A stretch of 64,000 nucleotides of DNA, taken from assembly GCA_964016885.1 (NCBI GenBank), contig OZ024740.1, positions 297,786,001 to 297,850,000 on the forward strand, read 5' to 3'. Under the pieces are notes generated by a model. That model had not been told where the DNA came from and did no database searches. It was given only the letters and a program-made list of their open reading frames with translations. Shown here in pieces: positions 30,891 to 43,838 of the stretch (position 1 is its first letter; each line of letters starts with the position of its first letter). Both the position numbers and the translations under genes were made by a program. Source of the stretch: Eledone cirrhosa (taxonomy: Eukaryota).

Positions 30891-31511
30891 CGCCTATCTC
30901 CACCCCAACTCTTTGAATTTTTCCTTATTTGCACTGTCTCTGTTATCCAAAACGTAGTCTTATCTGATGATCCTGTGAGTGTGCTTGTGAAATTCCAGAT
31001 TAACAAGGTTTACCACTTACCTATAATAAAAGAATCGACCGCTAGTGAGCTGGTACTTTATTTATCGATCTCGGAAGGATAAAAAGCAAAGTTAACTTTG
31101 TGTAAGATTTGAACTCAGAGCTTAGTGTGCGTTGACGGCTTTCCCAATTCGCTGCCTTAGTGTGTGAGAGGCAAGTTAAATATTGTTACAAAAACCTATT
31201 TGGCCAGGGTGTAAGGCTGCATACGGTGAAATGCTCAATGCCCAAAGTTGACTAATATTTACTAAATTCACAGGAATTCGGTTAAATGACACATATACAC
31301 AAAGAAAATATAAAATTAGTTAAATTTAATACTAGTAAACAACCAATTAGTATCAAATAAAATATTTCTAAAAGAAAGGTAGGTTGCCATGAGAAAAGAG
31401 ATTAAAACCGACACAATTAAAGAACAATATGAAGAGTTTACATAAATATATACATTTATATTTGTTTATATAGAGAGAGGGGGAGCGCCAAGTGAGAGAT
31501 ATATACATAGG

Positions 31512-32380
31512 TATGTTTCTTTATTAGCCACAGGGGCACAAAAGAAGGGGACAAATACAAAGGGGGAAGTTTACATACAATAAAAACGTGTAAAATTTTA
31601 TCACAAATGCAATTTAAAAAATTAATCGATTTTCCCCAATAGGGGGAGACATTACATATGGGTAACACATACCCCCTAAAAAAATGTGCAACCCTCATCT
31701 CCAGGAGTACGAAGAGTTTGTACTCCTTTCCTCTCCTCCTCTTTTTCCTCAACCTACAAGCTGATATAGAGAGAAGGCCCATTCACTCGGGCCATTCTCG
31801 CCACTTTCACCCACCTTGCATAAAACTTGCTGGGGTACAGCACCTCTCTCTCCATCCTGATTCTTCTTCCAAAGTGGTATTTGAAAAAAAGAGTCAGTTG
31901 TTGGCCGGAGAGAAAGGTGTCTGACTTCAGCCCTTTCAACCTTGTCCACCATACAACCTCTTTCGCCATAGCTATCACACAAAGGAAAACCGCCTCTCCT
32001 TCGTTTTTGAAGCCACATGATGGTTTGATCATGACAATGGACTCGGTGGTCAACTGGATTGGCCCCACCCGCGACAATAGTCGTTCCACATAGCCCCACA
32101 GGTCGGTGACGCCCGGGCAGTGTATGAATGCGTGCGCGACGGTTTCTTCGTCTCGCACGCACCTTGGACAGATCTTTTTTACAGGGTCCCTGCCCGGGCG
32201 CCCATGTCTGTAGAGTTTGTCTCAAACTGGTAGAGCTCCTCGGTAGCACTGCCAGGCCAGGGACTTTTGGAAGTTGTCCTTCGGTCCCGGGCGGAAGGTC
32301 CTACCGAACAGACTGGCCAGTTCGTCTTCCTCTACGCCCAGAGTTTCACCGAGCACGTCGTCGCACTTGCTGCGGATCAG
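31512..32380 (-). mobile_element. 5'-truncated Tx1/L1-clade LINE (ORF2 C-terminal zinc knuckle and 3' UTR)
   Basis: KSLAWQCYRGALPV*DKL..ICPRCVRDEETVAHAFIHCPGVTDLW..AKEVVWWTR. Confidence 0.88.
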
Positions 32381-33039
32381 ATAGAGAGAGAAAAGGGAAC
32401 GCCGTGTGTATCGTGCATTTCGACAGAAAGAAGTAGATAGACAGAAAGTTATGACTTCGTCTTCATCTATATAGAGAGAGGGGGAGCGCCAAGCGAGAGA
32501 TGTGTAGATAGATAGAGAGAGAAAAAGGACGTCATTTGTTTAGAGAGATAGAGAAGGAGAGATAGTGTATGTGTGGGGGTGGGTGACGACGTCGCCCTCA
32601 TCTAGTATATATTAAAGCAGAGGTTCTCAAAGTGGGCGCCACCGCTCCCCGGGGGCGTTGAGAATGGTGGGGGCACTGGGGGCAGTAGAGATGATATAAT
32701 AGTATATTAAATATCAAATGATACATGTTATATACAAATGCAGTAAAATAAAAAATATATAATATTTATTTATACATAGTATATATTATGTTATCTATTA
32801 TATATAAATTAACGATTTTATTTATATACTAGCTGAATGACCCGGCGTTGTCCGGGTTACTGCTGTTCTTATTCAGATTAGTAAACAATAAATAAGCGAT
32901 AAAGTGCATAACTCAGAGACCAGAGAGTCACTCCTGGTAGAACCGCTACTTCTCCGAATTGAGAGATCACAACTCCGATATTATGAGCATGTGATAAGAA
33001 TATCAGCTGTAAAGAATAGCTGGACACATAAATAATTAT

Positions 33040-33186
33040 AGTGGGTAGAGTTGTGGGTAAAATGATTATTTGGGTAAAATGATTATCGTGGGTAAAATGG
33101 TGGGTAAAATAATTATTGTGGGTAAATGGTGGGTAAAATAATTATGTGGGTAAAAAGGTGGGTAAAATAATTATTTTGGGTAAAAA
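33040..33186. repeat. Tandem gtgggtaaaat-based repeats
   Basis: Read directly; about 10 units. Confidence 0.85.
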
Positions 33187-33413
33187 AGGATCCTCCCCAT
33201 TAGGACTTTCTATCTACATAGCAAATTATAAAATTGTAAAATTAAAATTAAATTATTATTTAATACCAACTACAAGTGAAGTCATTCTTTTCCTTTTTTC
33301 AAATATATATATATATGTGTGTGTGTGTAAAAGGTAAACAGAAATAACAACACAATCGGTACAGTATATGGAAGGGATATATTAGGTTAACGCTTGATAT
33401 AGCAGGAAGAGGG

Positions 33414-33449
33414 TCTTAACGTTTCGGACGCTAGTCCTTCATCAGAAGA
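33414..33449 (-). ncRNA. Minimal type I hammerhead ribozyme (Penelope-type)
   Basis: Minus strand: ucuu-CUGAUGA-a-ggac(uagc)gucc-GAAAC-GUU-aaga. Confidence 0.75.
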
Positions 33450-33778
33450 AAGAATGAGAAATAAGATAGATTGAGGGGACGGGCGGGTTAGAATTTCATG
33501 TTGACATCTCTTTCCCAGTGACAGTGATGATGGAGTATATTAATAAAGATGAAAATGCGAAGTTGAAGGTGTTAGAATCCTTTATTATTTGAGCCGTTAT
33601 ATATACTAGCAGCAAAACTACCCCACAGGTGGGTTTCTGCTAGCATGTGTAGTGTGTAGATATGATACATCAAATAAAATCGTAATTGACAATATACACA
33701 GAAATTGAACGAAGTCTATGTTACACTGTCTTATGTAATCAGTAACGTAATCCATGATACATTTAAAAAAAGACGATA

Positions 33779-34487
33779 TGGTCTTTAAAGCGAAGAACTA
33801 CCGATGATGGTTGGAAGATCACTGATGAAGGACCACTTTATTCATATGTAACCCATTTGCAACCCTGCAGCACGTTTTTCTCATATTTACACATATTTTT
33901 TCCCCCGCTGTGACCCGTCTATTTCGTTCTTACTGCTTCCTCTTTCTCTGTATCTTTACCCTCTCTAACAGTCACTCTCTCTATTAGCCTCTTCCTCACC
34001 CTTCACTCACTCACTCACTCTCTGTTACTACCTCTCCTCCTCCTCCTTCTTCCCGTTTGACCTGTGCGTAATTCTTTTCTTTCGCACTCTTGATCAGGCT
34101 GGTTCGCTTTTTTTCTCTCTCTCGTCTACCATTTCACAGAACTTATGTTCACCGAATTCACAGACTAGACTCCTTCTCCCTCCCATTAGACCTGTGCGGA
34201 ATTCCTTCCTTGCTCACATTTCAACCAGGTTTGATGGTCTTTATTCTCTCTCGTTCACGATTTCACCGAACTTATATTCATGGAAATTTGGGACTTGACT
34301 CGTTCTTCCTCACTTTTCGTTGCTTCACCATCTTTGTTTGTTTACACTCTCGCTGTTCCCTTTATTTACGTGTCCCAACGACTTTCTTTAGCCGTTACTC
34401 GCACCAACCGGAGGTATGTGGTCTTTAAAGCGAAGAAATACCGATGATGGTTGGAAGATCACTGATGAAGGATCACTTTATTCATAT
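33779..34487. repeat. 69-bp direct repeats (33779-33847, 34419-34487) flanking ~570 bp
   Basis: 2 mismatches, offset 640 bp. Confidence 0.85.
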
Positions 34488-34521
34488 ATATGCATATATA
34501 GATATAGATATAACAGATGCG

Positions 34522-34633
<112 letters not shown>

Positions 34634-34844
34634 CATTAATTCGCCAGCCGTCAAACGCGCTGCTGATTGCCAAAAGTGAAAGTAATGATCTGACTTCAAT
34701 TGATCCCATAATGTCTGGTCAGTTTCGAAACAGATAAATACGCTGTATTTCCGGATCCAAACAATGTACTATATATGTGGCTGACGTCTTTACTCCACAG
34801 TTTTTATACCGTTCTAACACGAGGTGTGTCTTGAGTATTTTTCC

Positions 34845-35335
34845 TCTTCTTCACTCACTTATTCCTGAGAGTGTCGTGAGGGCAGAATCCTCAAACACTC
34901 CTTCCAGTGGGCCCTGTTAGAACCAAGCGTCTCCAGCTGATCTGGCTAGATCCCCAAACGAGACCAGCCAAGCTCATGGATGTTATCCAACCATCTTGCT
35001 CGGGGTCTACCCCTGGGTCTCCTGTCGGTTGATTTTGCCCGTAAAATCTGTCCAGCGATTCTTTCCTGAGACATTTTAACCATATGCCCATAGTAGCGGG
35101 GTTGTGATCTCTCGATTCGAAAAAGTAGCGGCTCTACCTGGTGCGACACTCTGATCTCGGAGCTATGCACTCTATCGAGTAACGTTACACCAAAGACCCT
35201 TCGGAGGAATTCTATTTCGGCCGCTTGTACTCGCGATCGTATTCTTTCGGTCATTACTCATATATAAGGGTTGGCACGAATACCGAATTAAAGTCGCAGC
35301 TATACCTGGAGTGACTCTCTGATCTCCGAGCAACA
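34845..35335 (-). mobile_element. RTE 3' fragment, same family as 2620-3158
   Basis: ORF 34946..35254 MTERIRSRVQAAEIEFLRRV..RRPRGRPRARWLDNI. Confidence 0.9.
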
Positions 35336-35410
35336 GAATATTGAAACTAGGTTCGCAATACGACTTTTTGGCTTCGTTATTCTTGCTTATGTATCAATTG
35401 CTAAATAATT

Positions 35411-35572
35411 GTTTCTATTTTGGCACAAGGCCAGCAATTATCCTAATGCATTACTGGTGCTTTATTTTATCGACCCTGGCAGGATTTAAACTAAGATCAT
35501 AAAGGGCTGTAACTCTATGCTGCGAAGCATGGCGTCCGACCCTCTACCGATACTTTCAATCCACCGCCCTTG
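35411..35572 (-). mobile_element. SINE family 1 with internal deletion
   Basis: 13-bp TSD ttgctaaataatt at 35398-35410 and 35573-35585. Confidence 0.88.
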
Positions 35573-35840
35573 TTGCTAAATAATTATATTTAAGCCATTT
35601 ATGTACGTAGTCATCTAATTTCAGACTGATAATGGCGAACTGTGAAATTTAGTAAACATGAGATTACTCACGTGGTCAATTAACAATCTAGCCTTCGTTT
35701 CTGTCACAATAAGATTCATGCTATTAAAACTTCTTTCGCTCTCAGAAAAACTGCATGTTATTACTTTTGAACATCTGATTAAAACTTTAGGTCTGGTGGA
35801 ATATTTAATCCATCGTTGTCTGGAAAGTCTCTGTATGCTA

Positions 35841-35901
<61 letters not shown>

Positions 35902-35904
<3 letters not shown>

Positions 35905-36145
35905 AACAAACTACCTGCATCAGTTGTTAGCTGTCGAGATACTGCATCCTTTAAAACCTCCATGCTTCCCGAGATTCGCCAACACTACACCTAATGTTCC
36001 CCCTCCATACACATACACACATGTATATGATGACTCATACACTATGCACTTCCCTGACATTTGTATATTATTCTATGTACTATACATGCACCTTTGACGA
36101 GTTGTAGTGCACCTGAGCACTGTACACAATAATTTCATTATTTTT
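35902..36145 (+). mobile_element. CR1-like LINE extreme 3' end next to (TA)n
   Basis: WNKLPASVVSCRDTASFKTSM followed by a 3' UTR. Confidence 0.65.
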
Positions 36146-36527
36146 ATATTTTATATACTTTAAAAGGTAATCTAAAACCTTAGCAAAGAGACCGCATTTC
36201 ATTTTCTCCATGTCATGGATGTATCTCAGCTCTCAGCTAAACATTGATCAATCTCTTAGGTACTCAGCTCAGAAATTATAGAGGTAGATGTATCAGGTCG
36301 TGAGTGTTGATTTATGTTACAACGCTGGTGCGAATAACCGCTGTTCGAATTATTTATGATACCGGTTAAAAGCTAACCATGATCTTGTTGTTATCTGCCA
36401 ATGTCACTGATGCAAATTTCATTTCTTGAATTGCAATTTTACTTTTGTGTTCCTTCATTGCCTTTAAAAGACGTATGATGTGACGAATGAACTTGTCTGC
36501 ATAAACTATAGTGATATTATTTATTTT

Positions 36528-36715
36528 CTGGTGGATTGGCAGTATCGGTAGAGTGTCAGACACCATGCTTTGCAGCATAGAGCTATGCCCCTTTACGTTC
36601 TGAGTTCAAATCCCGCCGGGGTTAATATTGCTTTTCATCCTAATGGGGTCGATAAAATAAAGCACCAGTAATGCACTGGCGTAATTGCCGGCCTTGTGCC
36701 AAAAGTAGAAACAAT
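36528..36715 (+). mobile_element. SINE family 1
   Basis: A and B boxes; TSD attatttattttctg on both sides. Confidence 0.9.
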
Positions 36716-36746
36716 TATTTATTTTCTGTAAGAACTCAAAAAGAGA

Positions 36747-36812
<66 letters not shown>

Positions 36813-37819
36813 CTACCTACCTACCTACCTATCTTCACAGATATATACACAGACAAAACAAAAGCGAAGTCCGTATGTGCGTGTTCTGAATATAAAACAA
36901 ACAATGGCACAAGATAAATATATATGCATACAAAACGCATACATTAAGACAATCTTGGGTTAATAGGTTTAGAAAAATATCCTTTCATGTATATTTCACA
37001 TATCTTTAAGTATTTGCGAGATGTTTTGGTGATAAAAATCTTGAGAAGAAAAGTAAAACGAAATTGCTTTTTTTACGAGACGCACCAACTGTATATGAGC
37101 AACTAAAAGGCGTTTGCCAAGCTTGTACTTCGTTTTCTTTAGCTTTAGACAAATATACTTATATGTGATAGGGTCTCGTTAAGCATAACTTGTCAGAGTT
37201 GAGTTGCTTCACGGAAAAACAAAAGGACCAAATATATCTGACAAAGTCGTGCCTAGAAAGTTTACGAGTAAATTTCAGCAAATATATCAGTATTTGTACT
37301 GCTTGAGTTCTATCAGTGATCGGTAAAGTGGTTGGAACTATAAATTTGCTTCGAAAATCTTTTACTAAAATATTACTGCATTATGCACAAAGCGTCGTTC
37401 CATATTTACTCTTTTACTCTTTTACTTGTTCCAGCCATCCGGCTGAGGCCATGCTGGGGCACCACCCTTGTTGCTACACACTCTATCTCCAGCCTATGTT
37501 GGCTGGCCATTGGTGTAAGAGGGAGTTCGTTACTGCTGCCCTTAAGTTACCTTCGTACGGCGCTGTGGGCTCATCCGGGATCTTGGATAGCAGGGTGTCA
37601 AGATGTTTTTTTTTTGTTTTTTAACTAGCATCATACTGTGTTAATGTTTGAGAAGAGAAATTGTTAAATAAAATTAAAACAGGAGCATGAAGTGGGCGAG
37701 AATTCAGAAAATATAAAATATTAGTTGGAATACGGCGATCTCGTCCTTCATTTTGAGATGTTCTAGTTTTCTATAAGATATGTTATGAACAGATTTCTAC
37801 ACTTCAAATACTGGGAGAA

Positions 37820-38128
37820 CAGAGGCGCATCTAGGATATGGTAAGAATGGCATGTGCCATGGGCACCACATGAAGGGGGCGCCACTTGAACTAGGAGCAC
37901 GTTCTATTAAAATCAAATAATCCTCGTCGGAGAGTGAAAAGGAAACTCCTTCAGATGTATGATCTGTCTCTGATTATCATGGGTGAAAAACACTATAGTA
38001 ATTGGATCATTAAACCGTTCATTTAAATTATTAGGCCCATTATTAGGTAAAAAAAAAAAAAACAGTGCTGGGCAGGGGCGCAATTTCACTGCTTGCCATA
38101 GGCGTTGTTTTCCCTAGTTATGCCTCTG
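37820..38128. mobile_element. hAT-type MITE
   Basis: Imperfect TIR cagaggcgcatctagg / cctagttatgcctctg; 8-bp TSD tgggagaa/tgggagga. Confidence 0.75.
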
Positions 38129-38299
38129 TGGGAGGATATGTCGCGGGTGAAAACAATGATAGTGATACAAAATATGTTTTTTTTTTAATCTACAAGTTAT
38201 TGTTAGAGTTATTTCGAAGTCGTCTCGGAATTTTGCTAAAGAAAAAAACTAGCTTTCTTTTTAATGAAACTATGTAAGATATACGCACATGGAACGTGA

Positions 38300-38437
38300 C
38301 CATTTTTTATCGACCTCAAATGGATGAAAGGTAAAGTTGACATCGGTGGGATTTGAACTCAGAGAATAGTGAGCCAAAACGAATACAGCAAAGCATTGTG
38401 TCCGGCATCCTAAAGACTCTACCAATTCGCCGCCCTT
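38300..38437 (-). mobile_element. Diverged SINE related to family 1
   Basis: ttttatcgacc..ggatgaaaggtaaagttgac..gggatttgaactcag. Similar diverged copies at ~29510-29640, 31040-31160, 50650-50810 and 55870-56010. Confidence 0.65.
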
Positions 38438-38781
38438 GATAAGGAACGTATCGACACATTAATAAGTCTCCTTCAGTTCCAAATGTTATTGATAAGTTTA
38501 ATTTCTGGCTGATATTACCCAGCGAAAATTTTTCAGTACTAAGAGTTTCATCTGTTGTTTCGGAACTGATGAAAAAAAATACATAACGGTGTCACGATTG
38601 ACTGAGTCAAATGTTTATAATTTTCACTTGCTTTCTGTAACTAATTTAAAAGCATTAATAACTAGAAACAATTAATAACTAATTTAAAACCATTAAAAGC
38701 ATGACGAATTCAAAACAGACTTTAGAAATCTCATTAAAATAGTGTTTACATTCAATGCTCGAAGCAGAATATATAGATACA

Positions 38782-38830
<49 letters not shown>

Positions 38831-38831
<1 letters not shown>

Positions 38832-40505
38832 CATGTACTCTCGTTACGTAGACGATATCAATATAGTTAAAAGAACATCCCCACTAGAGAACACTAACAA
38901 GTTTGATTTAGAACGTAGCACAATGGAAAGCATCCAGCAGATAGCTAATTCCATACACCAGAGTATAACTGTAACTATCGACTTCCCTTCCAAACACCCT
39001 AACAATAGACTACCTGTATTAGACACAGAACTCTGGATTAACACTATAGACAAGAGAGCCCAAATTCTCCACTCATACTATGCTAAACCCATGGCCTCCA
39101 AATACCTGATACTCAAAAACTCAGCAATGTCCAGTAGTGCTAAGTTTAATATTCTGATCGCAGATTTGGTACGAGTGATGAAGAATGTGTCCCGCATGTG
39201 CGACCCAACAGAAATGGAAAGACACATCCAGCACTTCATCAACTGCATGCAGTTCTCTGGCTACAACCAAAGAGACAGAGTCATAGTATACGAAGGAGCC
39301 ATGGAGAAGTATAAGACCCTCATAGAACTGGACATGAAAGGAATTTGCCCATTATACAGGAGAAAATCATGGAATAGATTAGATAGGGCTAGACATAAGA
39401 TAGGGAAAGCCACCTCATGGTACGACAACCAGAGATACCAGAGTGTCATGTTTGTGGACGCTACCCCTGGAGGGAAATTAGCTAACCAGTGTAGAAAGGC
39501 CCTGAGAAAGACCCACTTAAAGATTAAGGTGGTAGAAAAACCAGGAACCACCATAAAATCCCTGATCAGCAAAACCTACCCTTTTAAGAAAACCCACTGT
39601 ACTAATAGGAAATGTATCATATGTAAGGTAAACCCCCTGGATAAACTGTAAAACTAGAAACGTAGTCTATAGCATAAGATGTACAGAGGGTACTTGCAGA
39701 AACATGACAACAACATACATAGGCGAGACAGCTCGTAGCATAAGTGAAAGGATAGACCAACACTGGGGGGAACTAAAGGGACGAAAAAACGGGTCAGTAC
39801 TATACGAACATGCCAAACAACAACACGACGGTAACATAGACAACATAGAAATTAGAATAATATCTAAACATAGAAATGACCCAGCAGATAGGCAAATCAG
39901 AGAGGCCAGTGAAATAGAACTTAGAAGGCCAAGACTAAACAGAAAGAATGAATGGAATAACAACACCCAAACAAACAACACTGACCTAAGTATAAATAAA
40001 TAGATAAATAAATAAATAAATACATACACAAGCACAATAACAACAAACACATATAAACACACACTGGTAAAGATAGAATACATTAACCGATACACAGTCA
40101 CCCAATCACGAACACACATCAAACAAAACACTATATACACACACGCAAACGCATGCGCAAAGAAGACAAAATAAAATAAAATAAACAAACAAATAAATAA
40201 ATATATAGACAGACTAAATAAAAATGGCCTAGACATACAATGTAACGGGAGGAAACAATAGCACCACTGACGATGTTGCAGATGTGCAATGAAAGAACTT
40301 TGATAAACTATATATATGTGTTTGCGTCTATATTGTATCTGTATTATTTTTGACCGTCGGTCAGTCAATGGCAACATTGAGGACCGAATAAATTAGATTA
40401 CCGATATAAAAGACACAGAAGCGAAAAGCGAAAACCAACCAAACAGTGAGTGTGTTCTGTTATTAATTCTGGCAATATTACACAAATATGACCCTCCCCA
40501 AGTAT
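38831..40505 (+). mobile_element. 5'-truncated Penelope-like element: RT C-terminal half, GIY-YIG endonuclease and 3' terminal region
   Basis: YSRYVDDI..LPVLDTEL..YYAKPMAS; C/H linker HCTNRKCIIC; after a +1 frameshift near 39635, NCKTRNVVYSIRC..TYIGETARSISERIDQH..EHAKQQH..RQIREASEI..LNRKNEW; stop at 40003. Confidence 0.92.
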
Positions 40506-40994
40506 AACAATATATATATATATATCAATAATTAGTGTTGGTTAATCCAAGCAATCGACCATCTATGATGTATTCAGATATATGTGTGTGTGTGTGTGTG
40601 TGGTATACCAAAGTTTCTAAATTCATCATTTAATAGATGTTTCTAGACTTTCAGGGTCTCATCATCCGCGAGGTAAATAGATCAGAAATACGTTCTAATG
40701 GTTTATGTGGTCAAATGTCAATGATTTGAATCTTAGCACAAGAACGCGTACGTTCAAACGGAGATTCGTTTAAAATCGCAATTTCTAATTGTAGCTTGTG
40801 AATGCGCATGGTTGCTTGGAGGTAAGAATGTTCTGCTCACGATCATAAGGTCATGAATTAGATTCCAAAACACTTATTTCACGTTGCTCCAGTTCACTTA
40901 GATGGATAAAATGAGTTGTGCTCGGGATTCAAAGAACCAACAACGCCGAAATTTTTTTTTTTATATCCCGTCTTTATAGAAGGGTTGGTAAGGA

Positions 40995-41029
<35 letters not shown>

Positions 41030-41921
41030 AGAAGAGAGAAAGACTTGGCGGTTGTTTCAGGTGTCAGCTAGTCATATAAACTACGTCGTTTTTCATTTTC
41101 CTCACTGTTTGTTTGCATGTCGATCAGCATTATATCTGTCCGTTAGTCTGTAAAGACTTTCTCTCGTACATACTCTCCTTCACACATTTACTTATAACAC
41201 ATATTCACACTCTATATTTCAAGTAATATTCTTTCTCATTTACATTTCTGTTTATAACGATCGACACTGCTTTACTTTGACATTCTAAACAGAACTCTTG
41301 AATATTTAATTCACTGGCTTTTCTTTTTGAACCTTTGTCCTATTCCTGCATGCATACACATTTTGTTTGCTGCACGTAGCCACAATTTTGTTATCCGTAT
41401 TTCTTTGTTTTGCTGTATATAGTTTTTATCGTTCTACATTCATCCACATGTAGATTTTACTTGGCCATTACTTATTCATTAGAGACTTTCTAATGTCAAC
41501 AATATTGAGTGATACAGGAAGGTGTAATGTGACAGACAGAGTAATGTATAACAATACCGGAGGGTAATGTTAAGTGTTGTCGATAATAACACTTCGTCAC
41601 CACCACCACCACCACCAACATGTATTCAGATATATGTGTGTGTGTGTCATCATCATCATCATCATCATCATCTTCTTCTTCTTGAGAGGGTCGAGGGGAA
41701 GAGTCTTCAACCCCCCCCCCCCCCCCCAGCAGCTCCTGTCTGAAATAACTGTATCCATGAGGACCCAACTAAGTTCGAAAATCGATTAAAGATATTTTAT
41801 CATTTTTTTTTTTCAATTTACAGGGATATACGTATATTTGATATGTTTACATATCGATATACACAATGTGTAAATTTATATGTACATTAACGCAGTCTCG
41901 GCTACCTACATTCTGTATATA

Positions 41922-42231
41922 CAGGGTGGGCCAGAATTCATGACTCGCTTTCTTATTTTATTATTGTATTGTTTTAATTTATTATTTTATTTCTTTTTGC
42001 CTTTCATCCTTACGGGGTCGATAAAATAAAGTACCAGTAATGCACTGGGTAATTGCTGGCCTTGTGCCTAAAGTAGAAACAATTATTTTATTTCTTGATA
42101 TGTTTAGCAGGTTTCTTAATTTATATTTTTATTTCTTAATATGCCTCACAGGTTTTTTTTTATTTATGTTTACTAAATTTGATTAGATCTCTAAATAATC
42201 AAGTGAGTCATGAATTCTGGCCCAAACTCTA
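41922..42231. mobile_element. Tc1/mariner-type MITE containing a truncated family-1 SINE (~41995-42085)
   Basis: TIR cagggtgggccagaattcatgactcgctt / aagtgagtcatgaattctggccca; TA flanks. Confidence 0.85.
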
Positions 42232-42265
42232 TACATATATCATACGTCGGGTACTTAGCGCACAA

Positions 42266-42335
<70 letters not shown>

Positions 42336-42732
42336 CGCGCGTACAGATTTTCCAAAGCAGGATATAAAACGATAGTACACACTTTTAAATCCGAAAGTAC
42401 TCATTTCACCATTACTAACCCAGCTACAAGGGTTTTAGTCCGTAGCTACATACCTGTTCGTGGTATTTCATTTCTCTCCCCTTCTATCTATTCCTCCCTC
42501 ATTAATCCAACTAAACCAGCCCGTGTATTCCATACCTCTGAACATATCCACTCGTGTACCTATCCCAGCCACCCACCCACCTATCTATTTACTTCCCAGC
42601 ACCTTACCCATACATCCCTCTACCTACCAAAGCTAACAATAAAATTTTAAATGTTTACAGCTTTAAACAAGTTTCATCTCGTTTTATTTTACTTCATTTT
42701 TACTTTATCTCACTTTATCTCTTTTTCCTGCT

Positions 42733-43291
42733 TACCTTCGGGTCACAAATAATAGAGTGAGGGTGGAATGAGCGGAGGGAGGTTGGAATAAAGGGGGACT
42801 AAGCGGGAGGTTGGAATAAGGGGAGGGGGGACTAAGTGGATGGGGTGGAATAATGGGGGGCTAAGTGGGAGCTTCGAGTAAGGGGAAATAAACGGGGTGG
42901 ATTGGAATAAGCGGGGGGGGGGGAATAAACAGGAGTAGAATAAGCGAGGGGAGCGGGGTCGATAACTTTTCTAAGCTGTCTTCTCTACTTTTTTAAAAAC
43001 CAGAATTAGTCGTTTAGTTTACATATTGAGACCCTAATCCAACCTATTTATTTCATAACATGGGATTTCTAGTAATGTTTTTTTTCTTTGTCATGTATAA
43101 TGTTTTTTAATGTCTAAAGAAAATTAATTGTCGCAGGAATGCTACTACTTAAAATAAAATTTCGCCGGTGCAGATAAATTTTTTTTAAATTATTAAACGG
43201 GGTGGGGGGGATAAGAACGGTGTGGTGGAAAAAATCTCAAAAATTAACAAGAGGATGGGGGAACAGGACGATTATTCAATACCTGAGAATA
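42733..43291 (+). mobile_element. MITE-T, longer copy with expanded G-rich ggaataagcggg repeats
   Basis: Decayed ends taccttcgggt / acctgagaata; internal identity with 13711-14016. Confidence 0.75.
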
Positions 43292-43318
43292 CATAACATG
43301 GCCTTGAACAGCACACAA

Positions 43319-43718
43319 TACACCAACGACTACAAAACCTACAGTAATTGCTTGAGATACACCAACGACTACAAAACCTACAGTAATTGCTTGAGATACA
43401 CCAACAACTACAAAACCTACAGTAATTGCTTGAGATACACCAACAACTACAAAACCTACAGTAATTGCTTGAGATACACCAACAACTACAAAACCTACAG
43501 TAATTGCTTGAGATACACCAACAACTACAAAACCTACAGTAATTGCTTGAGATACACCAACGACTACAAAACCTACAGTAATTGCTTGAGATACACCAAC
43601 AACTACAATACCTACAGTAATTGCTTGAGATACACCAACGACTACAATACCTACAGTAATTGCTTGAGATACACCAACGACTACAATACCTACAGTAATT
43701 GCTTGAGATACACCAACG
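43319..43718. repeat. 39-bp minisatellite, 10 full units plus a partial
   Basis: Unit tacaccaac(g/a)actacaa(a/t)acctacagtaattgcttgaga. Confidence 0.97.
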
Positions 43719-43838
43719 CATAATACAACGCCTACATTGGCATTTTTATACAAGCTTGCGGTGATTCTTATGACTTCTTATGACTTCTGGTTCTGAATTG
43801 TGTTTGGATTAGTGGAATCACTTCGTTATTATATAATA

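Noticed and set aside
43319-43718. Regular repeat array resembling CRISPR (also 53845-54308)
   Set aside because: Head-to-tail units with no unique spacers, no cas genes, eukaryotic context.
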